A DNA stretch of 64,000 nucleotides from Sphagnum compactum. Lineage: Eukaryota. The DNA is taken from the NCBI GenBank assembly GCA_965153455.1, contig OZ234493.1:13816213-13880212 (forward strand), given 5' to 3'. This document shows, one piece after another, positions 49,839 through 62,050 of the stretch (position 1 is its first letter; each line of letters begins with the position of its first letter). The notes beneath the pieces are model-generated. The model was not told where the DNA came from and ran no database searches. It saw only the letters and a list, made by a program, of their open reading frames with translations. Made by a program: the position numbers and the translations under genes.

Positions 49839-51227
49839 GACAAGTACAAAGTATCCTTTGTTTCATATTTCCCTGACTGCCCAATTGCCCGACCAAGATG
49901 CATCATCCTTTAGTCTCGTCTCGTCTAGTTGTGACCAAAGACATCCCGATGCATTCCGGGCAACAAATTTTGTATCGAATTTAATAATTTCTGCATCATT
50001 CTTCTTCATGCACCCGTCGTTACGTACCATGTGAACCTGGTTCGTTCATTGGGTTTGATTGATATACGGGTTTTTTCAAATGGAAGGCCACATTAAGAGG
50101 GTTTTCCGAATAGAAGGCCACATTAAGAGTCCGCAAGAGATGGACATGCAAATTTGTCCGAACATATGTGTAAAAATATCTCCTGAATTTGGTCCGTATC
50201 TGGTCTCTTAAGTGAGTAGTATTGTATCGTTCAAAAGAAAGTAAGTAAGTACATGCTGAAGGCACGCCTCGAATCTTGGCCAATTATGTCTTTCGGGCAG
50301 ATGGGTTGGGCATGTAAGGGTCGGATTGAGATGGGGAAGACGGGTTATACATCAAATAATAGAAAGAACTTGTAGTTTGGTTTCTTTGGTGTCCGGGTTG
50401 GTGATCATTGTTTGTTGCTTTTTTTTTCTTCTTCTTCTTTTTTCGGCCGGTTCGTCTCTCCGGAGTCTAGGTGGTGCAATTGGTAGAACTATGTCAATAT
50501 AATGGTACGTCGTGTTTGTACACTTCTTTTTTTTTAATTTTAAAAATACGTAATAATAACATGAGGCACTCCGTTTGTGGTTGTGTGGTCGTGTGTCTTT
50601 GGATGCAAAAAAAAAGAAAAAGTTGTGGCTTTGTTTTATCCTTGACCAATTTTGAGGTAAAAAAGAAAGAAAGAAGTTTCCGGCATTTCGCGTACTCAAA
50701 TGAGGTTCCGATGCTTCACTCGGAAACTATGAGACAAATATCGTTAAGAAATTATGTGACGAAAAAAAAAATAAAAATATATATATATATATATATTTGG
50801 TGGTTTTTCTTCTTCTTATTCTCTTGGGGGCCTTTTTTTTTTCTTTTTCTTTTTTCCATTTCAAGCAATGGGGTGGGGTTTTCCTTAGATTCTCTTTTGA
50901 AGATAAGCTTCTTTTGTTTCCTCAAATTAATAAAGACCCCCCAATCTTCTTCACTCACAAGAATACGGTCAAGAAAACAACAACATCCCGAGGTAACGTA
51001 GGGCCCAACTCGGCAAGAAAATAAGGCTCTTGTGACTCCATCGTCAAAGCAATCACTAAAAGGAAAGGGACGGAATGTTCCGAGTGCTTTTTGGACCAAT
51101 ACCCAACAAGTATCCCCAAACCTAAAGACTATTTTTTAAAATTTATTATTAAAAATATTTATTTAATTATTATTTTTAATTTAGAAAAACAATCCTTCAA
51201 TGATTGAGAAATAACAAATACACACAC

Positions 51228-51258
<31 letters not shown>

Positions 51259-51675
51259 TACTTGTGCACATGCCTCTCAATGCTGCACCGTTGAAAGGAA
51301 GGAATGAACGGAACCTTGAAAGTGTTTTGAAAGAGGGAAGGAAGTAAGGAACGGAACCTTGTAGGCGTTTCCCAAGAGTTAGGAAGATGAAGTTTTTGCG
51401 GGTCAAAAGTGTGTTTTGTTGACATGGAACAAAATCATCCACATCATAAAAGAATGCACAAATCAAACTCCCCCCTTGGCCTCTCCTCATATTACGACTA
51501 CTACTACCATTGAGCCTGGACATTTTTTTGTCACGGAAATAATGCATTCACCCAAAACCAACACTTTCTTTGGGGAAAAATCAAAATAAAAAAGGTGAGG
51601 CCAAGGTTGTTTGGTAGGGATGAGGTTGCTTGGTTGGGTCACATAAATTCACTTAAACACACCCAAAAAAACAAG

Positions 51676-51945
51676 GAAAATTTTTAATTCACACATTTTT
51701 TGGTTAAATTCACACCCTTTCTTCGCGCGTCCGATTTTATGCAGATTAAACTTTAAGAGTATGTTCCTTTATCAGTTCAATTACTTCTGTGGGCAAGTTC
51801 TCGAGTTGTGCCCTGATTGACCACAGACCCCACACTTGTGTCCAAGGGGGGTGGGGCAAACACACTCAAATTTAATCTGCATATAATCGGACGCGCGAAG
51901 AAAGGGTGTGAATTTAACCAAAAAAGTGTGAATTTAAATTTTTTC
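51676..51945. repeat. Near-perfect inverted repeat (arms ~80-90 bp, spacer ~95 bp); MITE/foldback-like
   Basis: aattcacacattttttggttaaattcacaccctttcttcgcgcgtccgattttatgcagattaaa (51686-51750) versus tttaatctgcatataatcggacgcgcgaagaaagggtgtgaatttaaccaaaaaagtgtgaatt (51871-51934). Confidence 0.9.
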
Positions 51946-52704
51946 AAATATATATATATATATATATTGAAAAATCGTTTCAACCCCCAAAACCCCCCTT
52001 ATTACCCCTCCTTCCCCCCCCCCCCCCAAGGGCAGCTTGGAATCAGTGTTTTTTTTCTAGCGAAATTTCGATAAGTTTTCATAAATAAATTGGGAAAACT
52101 TTATTTTTCTAGTGTAAATTCCACTACTTTTGCTATTTTTTTGGTTTGAATTTCGCCAAAATTTTGATATAACAAAAAGTGAAAAAAAAACACTGAATTT
52201 CCAAGCCCCCATTTAAAGAAAACCTCCACCACAAAATAATTAATTAAGTAATTAAATAAATAAAAACTTTGAGGTCTAAAAAGTGGTACCTTTAATATAA
52301 CTTTAAATAATGAAAAAACAATTTGACAAACTTTTCATCTAATTTTTTTTTTGTCACCTTTTCACCCCCAATTTTTGCTCTGGCCAAGTTGAGTCTACAG
52401 GGGATGGAGATTAAATTACTTTTACTTACCTACGATTCCAACTACCTACCTACTTACCTTAGCATTTACCATCCCTGTCCCCTGCCCCTCTCCGCCCCTT
52501 GTCCAAATTCAGTTGTCCTGAAACAGGACACACGATGTGACACGCGGCGTGTCCTTAGTCGGCTATGAGTTTGACAAACTTGCTCCCCTCCCAGCGACAG
52601 GGAGCCAAAACCGGCCGCAGCACAGGAAGCTAGGTACCTACCTACCTATCTCCGAAAAGATAGGGTAGGAAAAGGACACACCACGCAGACTTTTTTCTTT
52701 TTTT

Positions 52705-53270
52705 TTTACTGCCGAGATTTCGCCAAAAAACGAAATAATAATTTAAAAGTCCAAGAAAAGTGATTCTGGAGAGGTTTCAGTCGCCAGAAGTGACAAAAAT
52801 AAAAGTCAAATAATCATCAATTTCTAAATTTTTCTTCAGTTTTCTGTAGCCATAATTATAATTACAAATTTTATTTCATATCTGCTTTAAAGCCAAATTT
52901 GGCTAAATCCTCCTAGGGATGATTGTCATTTTTTCCTATAGATATCAAGCCACTACAGCAGTGTATGTGTGTGTTTTTTTTCACAGGCGGAATTTCGCCC
53001 AAAAGAGAAATTAAAAATATGGAAAAGAAGTGATCTTGAAGGTTTTTAGTTGCCAGAAGTGAGGGAAAAAAGGAAAAATAAAAAATAAGGCTAACCGTGG
53101 CCAGATTCGTATACTTGGTTCTCTCATTGTGTAGCCAAAAATAAATTGATGGATGATTAAAAGATTTTTTCCTTTATTTCAGGTTTATAGCCAGATTTAG
53201 CTAAATCTTCCTAACGATGATCGCCACTTTGGCTACAAACAAAAATTCCTAAAAAACACACTTGAGCAAC
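52705..53270. repeat. Two tandem ~275-bp copies of a dispersed repeat family upstream of GS1
   Basis: atttcgcc.aaaa...aagtgat.t.ga.ggttt..gt.gccagaagtga...gtagcca...agcca.attt.gctaaatc.tccta..gatgat appears twice. Related ttggcta/tagccaaa motifs occur at ~34820, ~38280 and ~39610. Confidence 0.75.
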
Positions 53271-53629
53271 AGAAAAACAATTTGTTAAAAAAAAACTCAC
53301 TTACCACGGCGGGCAAGTGGGGTAAATAAAAAAAAACGACGACTAAGAAGGGGAGTAAAAAGTAAGAAGGTTATTATTAGCCTACAACTAAAATTACCAC
53401 TTTCTCCTTTTGCCTTTTTCTCACTCACAATTTTCTGCCCTTACTGCCCGAAAATGTTCTGCCCGTTCTGCCCGGCTTCTTTATCAAGGCCAGAGTCTCC
53501 TTGCACCTTGCGCTTCTTCTCTCTCTCTTCTCTCTCTGTCTGCGTTCTCTCTCTCTGTCCGATTTGCGCAGCGATCGTTCGATCGATCGAGAGCTTCGCT
53601 GCCTCCGTTGCGTTGCGGTGATTGTAGCC

Positions 53630-56600
53630 ATGTCGGATCTGGACGAGTTGCTGAACTTGTCGCTTGAAGACAAGCATATCATCGCCGAATACATCTGGTA
53701 TGTTTTCCCTTTCTGGCGGTCTTGCCTTCGCTTTCTTTTCTCTTCTTTTCTTTTCTGTTCCGCCTCTGGTATAATGGCATTCTTGTGTATGTGTTGTGTT
53801 TTTTGCTGTTCTTTTCTTCTGCTGTTGAGAAAGGAACTTGAGTAGAACGGAGAGATTTCTTTTGGAATGGCGTTGAATTTTTATTTTATTTTTGCTTTGA
53901 ACTTTCTTTTCCACCTCTATTATGGCATTATTGTGTGCGTGCGTGTTTTTTTTGGCTGTTCTTTTCTTCTGATGTTGAGAAAGGAACTTGAGAAGAACGG
54001 AGAGATTTCTGTCGCATGGCGTTGGATTTTTTGTTTTTTTTGCTTTGCTCTTCTTTTCCGCCTCGGTTATGGCATTCTTGTGTGTTTTTTTCTTTTTCTT
54101 CTTTTCTTCTGGCGTTGAGAAGAGAGGAGAGATTCGGAATGGCGTTGGATTTTTGGTTGTTGCAAATAGCGGAGTGATGATGCTGACTGTCATTGGTGTG
54201 GAGTTTGTCTGTTTTGAATCCTTTGTTTTTAGTTTCGTTAGCGACGATTTTCCGGGGGTGTATGTAGGGGGATCGAGGAGTGTAGAGGCTGTCAGAGGGG
54301 GCTTAGTATTGTACTGAGAAGGTTGGTAGTACTTTTGGAAGTTTGTTCTGATTATTTCTCGATCTTAAAGACCGAGAAGAACGGTGTGCGTTGTTCTCAG
54401 TTTTTGTCGATCTCGAAGACCGTGAAGAACGATGTGCCTTTACACTTCGGGAGCAGCAAGCAGTGGAGATGTTTTGTGAGAAGGAGTGAACATGGCAAGA
54501 GACTTAGTTCTTCGCTTCGAGAGCGCTGAGTACCTTTTTTTTCCTGTCTCACTGATTATGTGCGTTTTTTCTTGGATTTTTGGTCCACAGGATAGGAGGC
54601 TCGGGCACGGATCTTCGCAGCAAAGCCAGGGTACGTCACAATGTGTTGTCCCCCCAATTTCGAGTGTTTACTGGGGTTGTGATGCAGAGAGTATGAGAAT
54701 GCTTCATAGTTGTTGTGCTGTGTTGCGTGTTGGACTTGAATTACTAGATTTCGTGTGTTAATACAGTGTGTGGCAATGTGCTCTTCCAACCAAAACTACA
54801 CGCGCCAGTCCATCCTGAGCACAAAAATGTCTGAAAGACGAGTGATCTGGAAACAGAAGTCCTAAGTCGCCGCTTGTTGTGGTGCAGACTCTACCTGGAC
54901 CTGTCACTGATCCCAAACAGTTGCCCAAGTGGAATTACGATGGCTCAAGTACTGGCCAAGCGCCAGGAGAAGACAGCGAAGTGATATTATAGTAAGTACC
55001 TCTGGATCTCTCTCAATTGTTTGCTTTTCTTGCTATAATTTAGTGGAAAGGGAAAGAAGAATTGCTCAACAAGGACAAAGGGAAATGATGAGATCATAGC
55101 TTCTAAATGGCAGATGCATTGGCTTGTCTGTGCAGTCCTCAGGCCATTTTCAAGGATCCCTTTCGAAGGGGACACAACATCTTGGTATATCTCTCCACTC
55201 TCACTATCCTGTTACATTTATCTGTTGCCTTTCGAGGCTTTCTACTACTCTGTGAGTAGAGAAATGGCCCGACATCTCCTGTTGTGATTGTTGCAGGTGA
55301 TATGTGATGCATATACTCCTCAAGGTGTGCCTATTCCAACCAACAAGCGAGCTGCAGCTGCAAAAGTTTTCGCCCAGAAGGAAGTTGCTGAGGAGGAGAC
55401 TTGGTAGGTTGATGTTTTGTTTTGAGATTGTGGGTGTTCAGAAGAGTCTCCTTCTTGGTGCAGGATACATAGTAACTTGCTGGTTGTCTTAGGAAGACTC
55501 AGAAGATGTGGCAGCTGGACTGGTGGTAAATCTCCAAAGATTCCTAAGGAAGTGCTGACTTTTGCACAGGTATGGGCTGGAACAAGAGTATACCTTGCTA
55601 CAAAAGGACGTGAAATGGCCTCTTGGATGGCCAGTGGGTGGTTTCCCTGGACCTCAGGTGGAGCTTCAGTTTGCTGTTTATTAGATATATTTATTCTGCA
55701 TTACATTTGTCTGGCTTTCTACTACTTTTGTTTGTGTTTGTGCATGTGTTGCACACATGTTAAACATGAGCAATTGATTCATTTTATCACTTCCAGAAGC
55801 ATATTATGTGACAGGATATGGGTTGTGTTCAAATTTGTCTTTTTCTAATAATACAGGGATTGGGCTTATCTTCATTAGTGGAAAATCGTTCATTGCATGT
55901 ATATGTCTCCATGTTGATTGTGTGCTAATTGAGGTTGGAAACTTGCAACAAATGGCTTGGTTTTTTATTTTAATAAAGTGTGCTTTATACCTTTGGAACA
56001 GGGACCCTATTATTGTGGGACTGGAGCTGACAAAGCTTGGGGCCGTGATATTGTAAATGCTCATTACAAGGCTTGCCTCTATGCTGGCATTCAGATCAGT
56101 GGGATAAATGGTGAGGTTATGCCTGGCCAGGTAAAAGATTCTCTTTCCACATGGTGGAGTACTTTGTGTGGAGCATCATTGTCATTATTTCAAACTAATT
56201 TGTTGCTAATTTGTTGCAGAAGATTGGCCTAGTTCTATGCTCTTATGTTTGATGAACATCTAGGGTTCAAGGAGGATTGTATTATGGCATCCGACGTGGC
56301 AAACTCAATTCTCTGACTGCTCAAAATTCTAAGAGTTGTTGTTTGTGCAATAGTGGGAGTTCCAAGTAGGACCTGCTCTTGGTATTTCAGCAGCAGACCA
56401 GCTATGGGCAGCTCGGTACATCCTTGAGGTACATTACTGGATTTGCTGAAGGTCACCAAGATGAATTCTGAAGTTGCATTACTATACAGCTATTGATAAA
56501 GAAAATATGGATCTTGAGGTGAACAGGCACACCTGTAGCTACCTGGCTTTCTCTGTTTTTTTTGGTGGTGAAACTATGAACCCTATATTACAGGGTATAT

Positions 56601-57725
56601 GTGTCAAATATTGTTGGTGGTTTTTACTGCAGAGGATTACGGAAATTGCAGGAGTGGTGCTTTCATTGGACCCTAAGCCTATTGAAGTAAGAATCCCTCT
56701 TACTTTGTAGCAATCTTGCATTGCTAACTTTCATTTTAGTTTCAGCATCCAAACAATTTGATTCTTGGACATTGCTTCTGATGTTGTTCATATTTCTGGT
56801 GATACAAAACAGGGTGATTGGAATGGTGCTGGTTGCCACACAAACTACAGGTAATATTCTTGTGTTTGAACTATCTGACAACATGTCTTCTGAAACACAT
56901 GCACTTAAATTTGACAAATATCTTTGGGTTCTCTGCCAATGTGGTGGGTAAGGCTGAATATTGTATTCTTGTCTCTGTCGAGATGTACCAGTGTGTAAAG
57001 CAAACATTTCAACACATGTTGTGGTGTGATTGTCCAACAGCACAAAGTCCATGCGTGCGGAGGGCGGTTTTGAAGTGATCAAAAAGGCTATCGAAAAACT
57101 TGGATTGAGGCATAAGGAACACATTGCTTCATATGGTGAAGGCAATGAACGACGATTGACTGGACGGCATGAGACAGCTGACATGAACACCTTTTCCTGG
57201 GTATGAGTGCCGTGTATAGCATGCATTCTAGACACTGTGCATTGCTGAACTGGTACCTGAGTCCTAGCTTTCTGTTGAATCACAACTTTTCTGCATTCTA
57301 ATGGTATCAAGGGGGTACATTCTATCTGCAGGGTGTTGCAAACCGTGGTGCTTCTATCCGTGTTGGTCGTGATACTGAGAGGGAGGGAAAAGGTGAAGCC
57401 ATCCTCAAAAATAGCTGAATATTTTTGGTGATGAAGTCCAGTCAATGTTTCATGGCAATGACACAATAAAATCTAATATCATCAAAACTGGGAGGGCTAC
57501 AGGCATAAGGCTGGAAACATAACTTAAGTGTGCAGACTGTTTCAAGGATCCTCAGTTTTGCAATTTCCGACAGTTGTGTTCCACTTTGTTTTGTATACAT
57601 GGTTGATGACAGTTGGAAGGGGTTTCATGCCAGGTTACTTTGAAGATCGTCGACCAGCATCAAACATGGACCCTTATATTGTCACAAGCTTGATTGCCTA
57701 TACAACAATCTTATGGAAGCCATAA
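53630..57725 (+). CDS. GLN1: Cytosolic glutamine synthetase (GS1), 354 aa, 13 exons
   Basis: Exons 53630-53697, 54591-54630, 54888-54991, 55136-55184, 55297-55403, 55570-55657, 56002-56130, 56354-56428, 56633-56686, 56813-56850, 57041-57200, 57332-57392, 57634-57725; 1065 nt, all GT-AG. Motifs [75 protein letters not shown]...TTILWKP. No transit peptide. Confidence 0.97.
53730..54150 (+). repeat. ~149-bp tandem repeat x3 in GS1 intron 1
   Basis: c.cctc...t.atggcatt.ttgtgt...ttcttttcttctg..gttgagaa...ggagagatt...atggcgttg.attttt at ~53761, 53912 and 54059. Confidence 0.88.
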
Positions 57726-58899
57726 AGGTTGGGTGACGAAACTGTTGGAATAATTTGTGTTCAAAGATTACTCAAGTTTCCTAATTTTAATTTTTGATGG
57801 GTTCCAACAAAAAAAATCTCTTCCAAATATAAGTTCATTGAGCTGTTCTGGCTTTTTCGTAACTCTGAAAGTCTAAAAGTTTGAACTTCTTGTGCAGTAA
57901 TACAAAGAGAGAGAGAGGGAGAGAAAGAGATAAAGTGGCGTGTCAACAACACGACCACCAAACATCACCACCACAGCTGTCATCATGTGAAAGGTGCAAA
58001 TTTGGTTCTGTGCAGATTTGAGAACGATGTTTGCAATGCAAAAGTGTGCGATTGTTGGATTCTTAAGAAATTAGAATCAAGTGTCCCTGTTATAATAGGT
58101 TTAGGACTGCCAAGCATTTCTTTGATATATTTAATATGGCTGTTTGTATTTACAAACCTATTTGAAAAATAATGTAAATGCCACTACTTTTGAGTTCACT
58201 CTAAAATCCCCAGTTCTATAGCCTACTTGTTCGTCACCTTTTTCTTTTGTTGTGGATGAATGCACGCACCAACAACAGCTACCAGTGGACCATCCATTGG
58301 AAGCGAGTTAGGACTCAGTTGTGGATGAATCCCAACGGAGTTGATAGGTCCTGTTTGTAAGTAGGCTATAGGTAGGTAGGTAGGTAGGTAGGTAGGGTGG
58401 GTACAATAATTATGCCTAGTAGGTATACAGATGTACACAACTGGTTGGGAAGGCTAGTGGGTAGTTAGTTGGTAGGTACTAAAAACTAAAATTGAACTTA
58501 ACGACTATATGCGGGAAGGTTGTTATGACTTTTGACTTAATTGTGGATGAAGCCCAATTGAGTTAATAATGGCAACTTTCAACTTGATAACCTATCTTAT
58601 AATGGAGAGATTTTACATGTAGGATAAAAGATGGCTACTAGATAGGTAAGTAGATGCATTTAGATAGATGGTTAGCACATGGATAAGGGTTAATGGGTTG
58701 TTAGTTGGTAGGTAGGTAACAAAACTAGACACTAACCTAGGATTCAATTTGTTTTTAGGTGTACCACTAAAGACGAAATAGATGAAGTCCTAGATGTAAT
58801 TTTTAATTATACCCTATGTGATTTTGATTCTTGTATATATTAATGAACCAAAAACGTTATATATTGAAATATGATAGCTTAAATCATCGTATATGTATA

Positions 58900-58904
<5 letters not shown>

Positions 58905-58937
<33 letters not shown>
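58905..58937. repeat. (AT)n microsatellite
   Basis: Directly visible. Confidence 0.95.
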
Positions 58938-58939
<2 letters not shown>

Positions 58940-61569
58940 ATATGATCACTTTGTGTCCATTTTGATTGTGAAAAAAGAATAGTTTTTAAGAAAATCAAAA
59001 GTGTGAAAAAAAAAGGGTGATGGTATGATAACATTTTAAATATATTTTAAAGAATTTGGAACCTTGTTAATGTTTTCATGATGATAACCTATCCTACATT
59101 TACGAAGTAAGTAGATGCGAGTTTTGGTTAATACCTTCATCGTTATAGGAAATCCAAAGATGGTGAAAATCTTACATGTACAATAAAATATGTAAAAATC
59201 TTGGTTAATGATGATCGAGAAGCAACTTTGAGGGAGTTGAATCACCTTTGTTACGTAAAACATGATCTAATTTTTGTTAAGGTTTTGAGAAAAAAAGAAC
59301 CTAAGTTTGAACACTTGATGGATCATTATATTTGATTACTAAAGGTAGTGGAAGTGATTAGGTGCATAAAGATAATGGTGTGAAATGAAAGGTTTTTCAT
59401 TCAAATCAAAAATACTTAGCCATTGGATTCAAAAAATTTAAGAAATTTACTCCCAATGAAATTATACTAAATGTTACTAATGAGTTGGAATACTTGAAAA
59501 GCTTGGTGAGTTGGGCTCAAAAAAAGAAAAATGAAAGGCTACAACTACAATGTTACATGATTATTATTTTCACACCTCTAGTTGTCAAAATTAGCTATGT
59601 GAAACTAGTAATAAATAAGGTTTCATGTTTGCATTGTGTGGTGTTTTCATTGTTTCGTGATCTTACAAGCTTCTTGTTTAATCATCATGTTGTGCCCTAG
59701 GAATGTCAAAGTATTGTCTAATGTTTGTAAAAACAATATTTTTTCTCTCTAGAAAATTATTGCAAAAACATGGCTATAGTGGACAAGCATGTCAATCAAA
59801 CATTTGACAATACTTGATATGTTGTGGCTTCAACTATTGTAAATAACAATTATGAAAATTGAGCTTGATTGTGATTTCGATGAAAATAAATCCATGGAAC
59901 ATTAACAAAAAAAACTTTAATGTAGCCAATTAACTCTAATTGATGTTATCCCAAGGGTGATTGATCTAACAAAACATTTTATACATAATAACATTTTATT
60001 ATAAAATAATATTTAAATAAAAATTATTAAAAATTATTAAAAATTTCAATATTATATTCACAAGGGATGTTGTAATTCAATTAGTCAAGGTAAATGTGAA
60101 TTTCAATGGCTTAGTACTTCAGTTGTAGAAATGCACAATCTAAGAAGCCCACCCATGAACACAAAATTTTAAAACACCATATGATTACATAATTGAACAT
60201 TGCAAGGAAGAAAAATATTTCAATGTTTAGAGGATCTAACTTAAGTTATGAAAAAAAATCATCACATTCTTTTGCATCTCAAAGGTGAACAACCACCAAT
60301 GACAAGTTTTATAACATATAGGATCCAATGGTGCATGTAAAAAATAGTATTTCAAGAAATTTAAAAAAAAGGGTTAGTTCAAAATCAATTCTTGCATAAA
60401 AGGGGTTGAATTCAAGGTTGAACCCTTACCAAACATTTCAATTTCATTACCAAAGAGATTAATCTACAAACTATTTTGTAATCCACCATTTTTCTCCATT
60501 TTCATTAATTTCTTGCGTTTGATTCACATTTTTCCTTTGTATCGTTTCATTTTGGACTTTATCAATCATTGATATTTTTTTGGTTTTATCACATGTTGGA
60601 ATGGTATTATTGTGCACTTAGAAAACACACCCAAATTAACATATAGGTAAAAAATTATGTGCTTGAATGATAAAAACAAGAAGATTATACATATATATAC
60701 ATATATAATTCAAAAAATGGCATACTAATCCGATGGTTTTATTATATCTTCCCTTTTGTTTTTAAATCAACTTTCAAAAGCCTTTATTTATTTTTTGTGT
60801 TTAATGTATACTTTATGCTTTCTTTTTCTTGTTTGAAAATATATGTGCAAGTGGATTGTTGCATGGAAAAAAACTTATTTTCTCCACTTCAAGACAAAGT
60901 GGTCACCACTCATGTCCTTCTTAAAATGTTAAAAATGATCTCACTAGCCATATGATATTTAATAAAACATATGATTTTTTTAAAAACTATTTACAAGAAT
61001 ATGTAATTTAAATTTTTTTTTCTTTCCAAAAGAAACAAACTTGCTCACAATTATGAGATCAAAAAAGTACTTGAGAAAAGTTCTTTTTTTAAATAACATC
61101 TAATGCATCAAATTACAAATGTTGAATATGATGTGAATGACATTGAGGTTTGTTATTTGTAATGTTAATACAACAAACTGCACATTCAAGATTTCAAAAT
61201 AAATGACACCAACATTGTTTATTCACATTGACATCATAATTCTTATTTGAGTAAATATTTTTATTTATCATTCATTTTCAATTTAACTCATTTTCAAAAT
61301 TATTAATATTCCTTGCTTGTCATATGTGATGACACAGTTTTCGCAATTTTGTGTATCACTCCAAAATTGTGTTTTTCAATGTTCATCCCTCATTAAAAGG
61401 TCCAATCACACACGTCAAAAGAGGTCGTGGTTGTATTACACCCTTATCAAATCATTTGAAAAGTTGACAAGCTAATTGTTTCAAACAAAAAAATTTACAC
61501 AAAAAAATTAAGTCGAAACACATGAAAATCACAAATATATTTTAAAAGAAATCAATTGTTGTTAACGTG

Positions 61570-62050
61570 TATTTCATCCATCCAAGTGAAGTTGAGGGTT
61601 CAACTTACATTTGCAATTGCTTCAAAATAATAAACACCTACATGATGACATGTGGCACATTATAAAACGTAATATTATAGTGTAATGTGTTGTCTTTTCA
61701 TTCGAACTAATGAAGTCGAAGGTTTGACTTATGCATTCAATTGTTTCAAAATGAAATATAATTTACGAATGGACACATTGCATGATGTAAAACATCAAAT
61801 TATGGTTTGTCATATTGTCATTTCATTTCTTGTAATGAAATCAATGGCTTGATTTACATTTACAACTATTTTAAAATGATGGACACCCTACACATGGACC
61901 TATGGCATATTACAAAACATTAAATTATAATAAATTGACATTTCATTAGTTCTAATCAAATTAAAGGTTCAACTTACATTTTGATTGTTTTAATCAAAAA
62001 CACATTTATATGTCAACACATGGCATCTTGTGAAGTGTCAAATTAATGTT
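61570..62050. repeat. Degenerate ~125-bp tandem repeat x4
   Basis: aagt.ga.ggtt..actta.att..caatt.tt.caaaat...acac.tac.....gac...tggca..tt..aaaac.t.aa.ttat recurs at ~61589, 61713, 61840 and 61960. Confidence 0.7.

Noticed and set aside
52590-52612. miR160-like site (ACAGGGAGCCA)
   Set aside because: Only 11 nt match, there is no precursor hairpin, and it is not in an ARF transcript.
53441-54193. 250-aa minus-strand ORF
   Set aside because: Antisense to GS1 exon 1 and its T-rich repeated intron; a Lys-rich low-complexity artefact.
56663-57466. 267-aa minus-strand ORF
   Set aside because: Antisense shadow of GS1 exons 9-12 with no recognisable domain.
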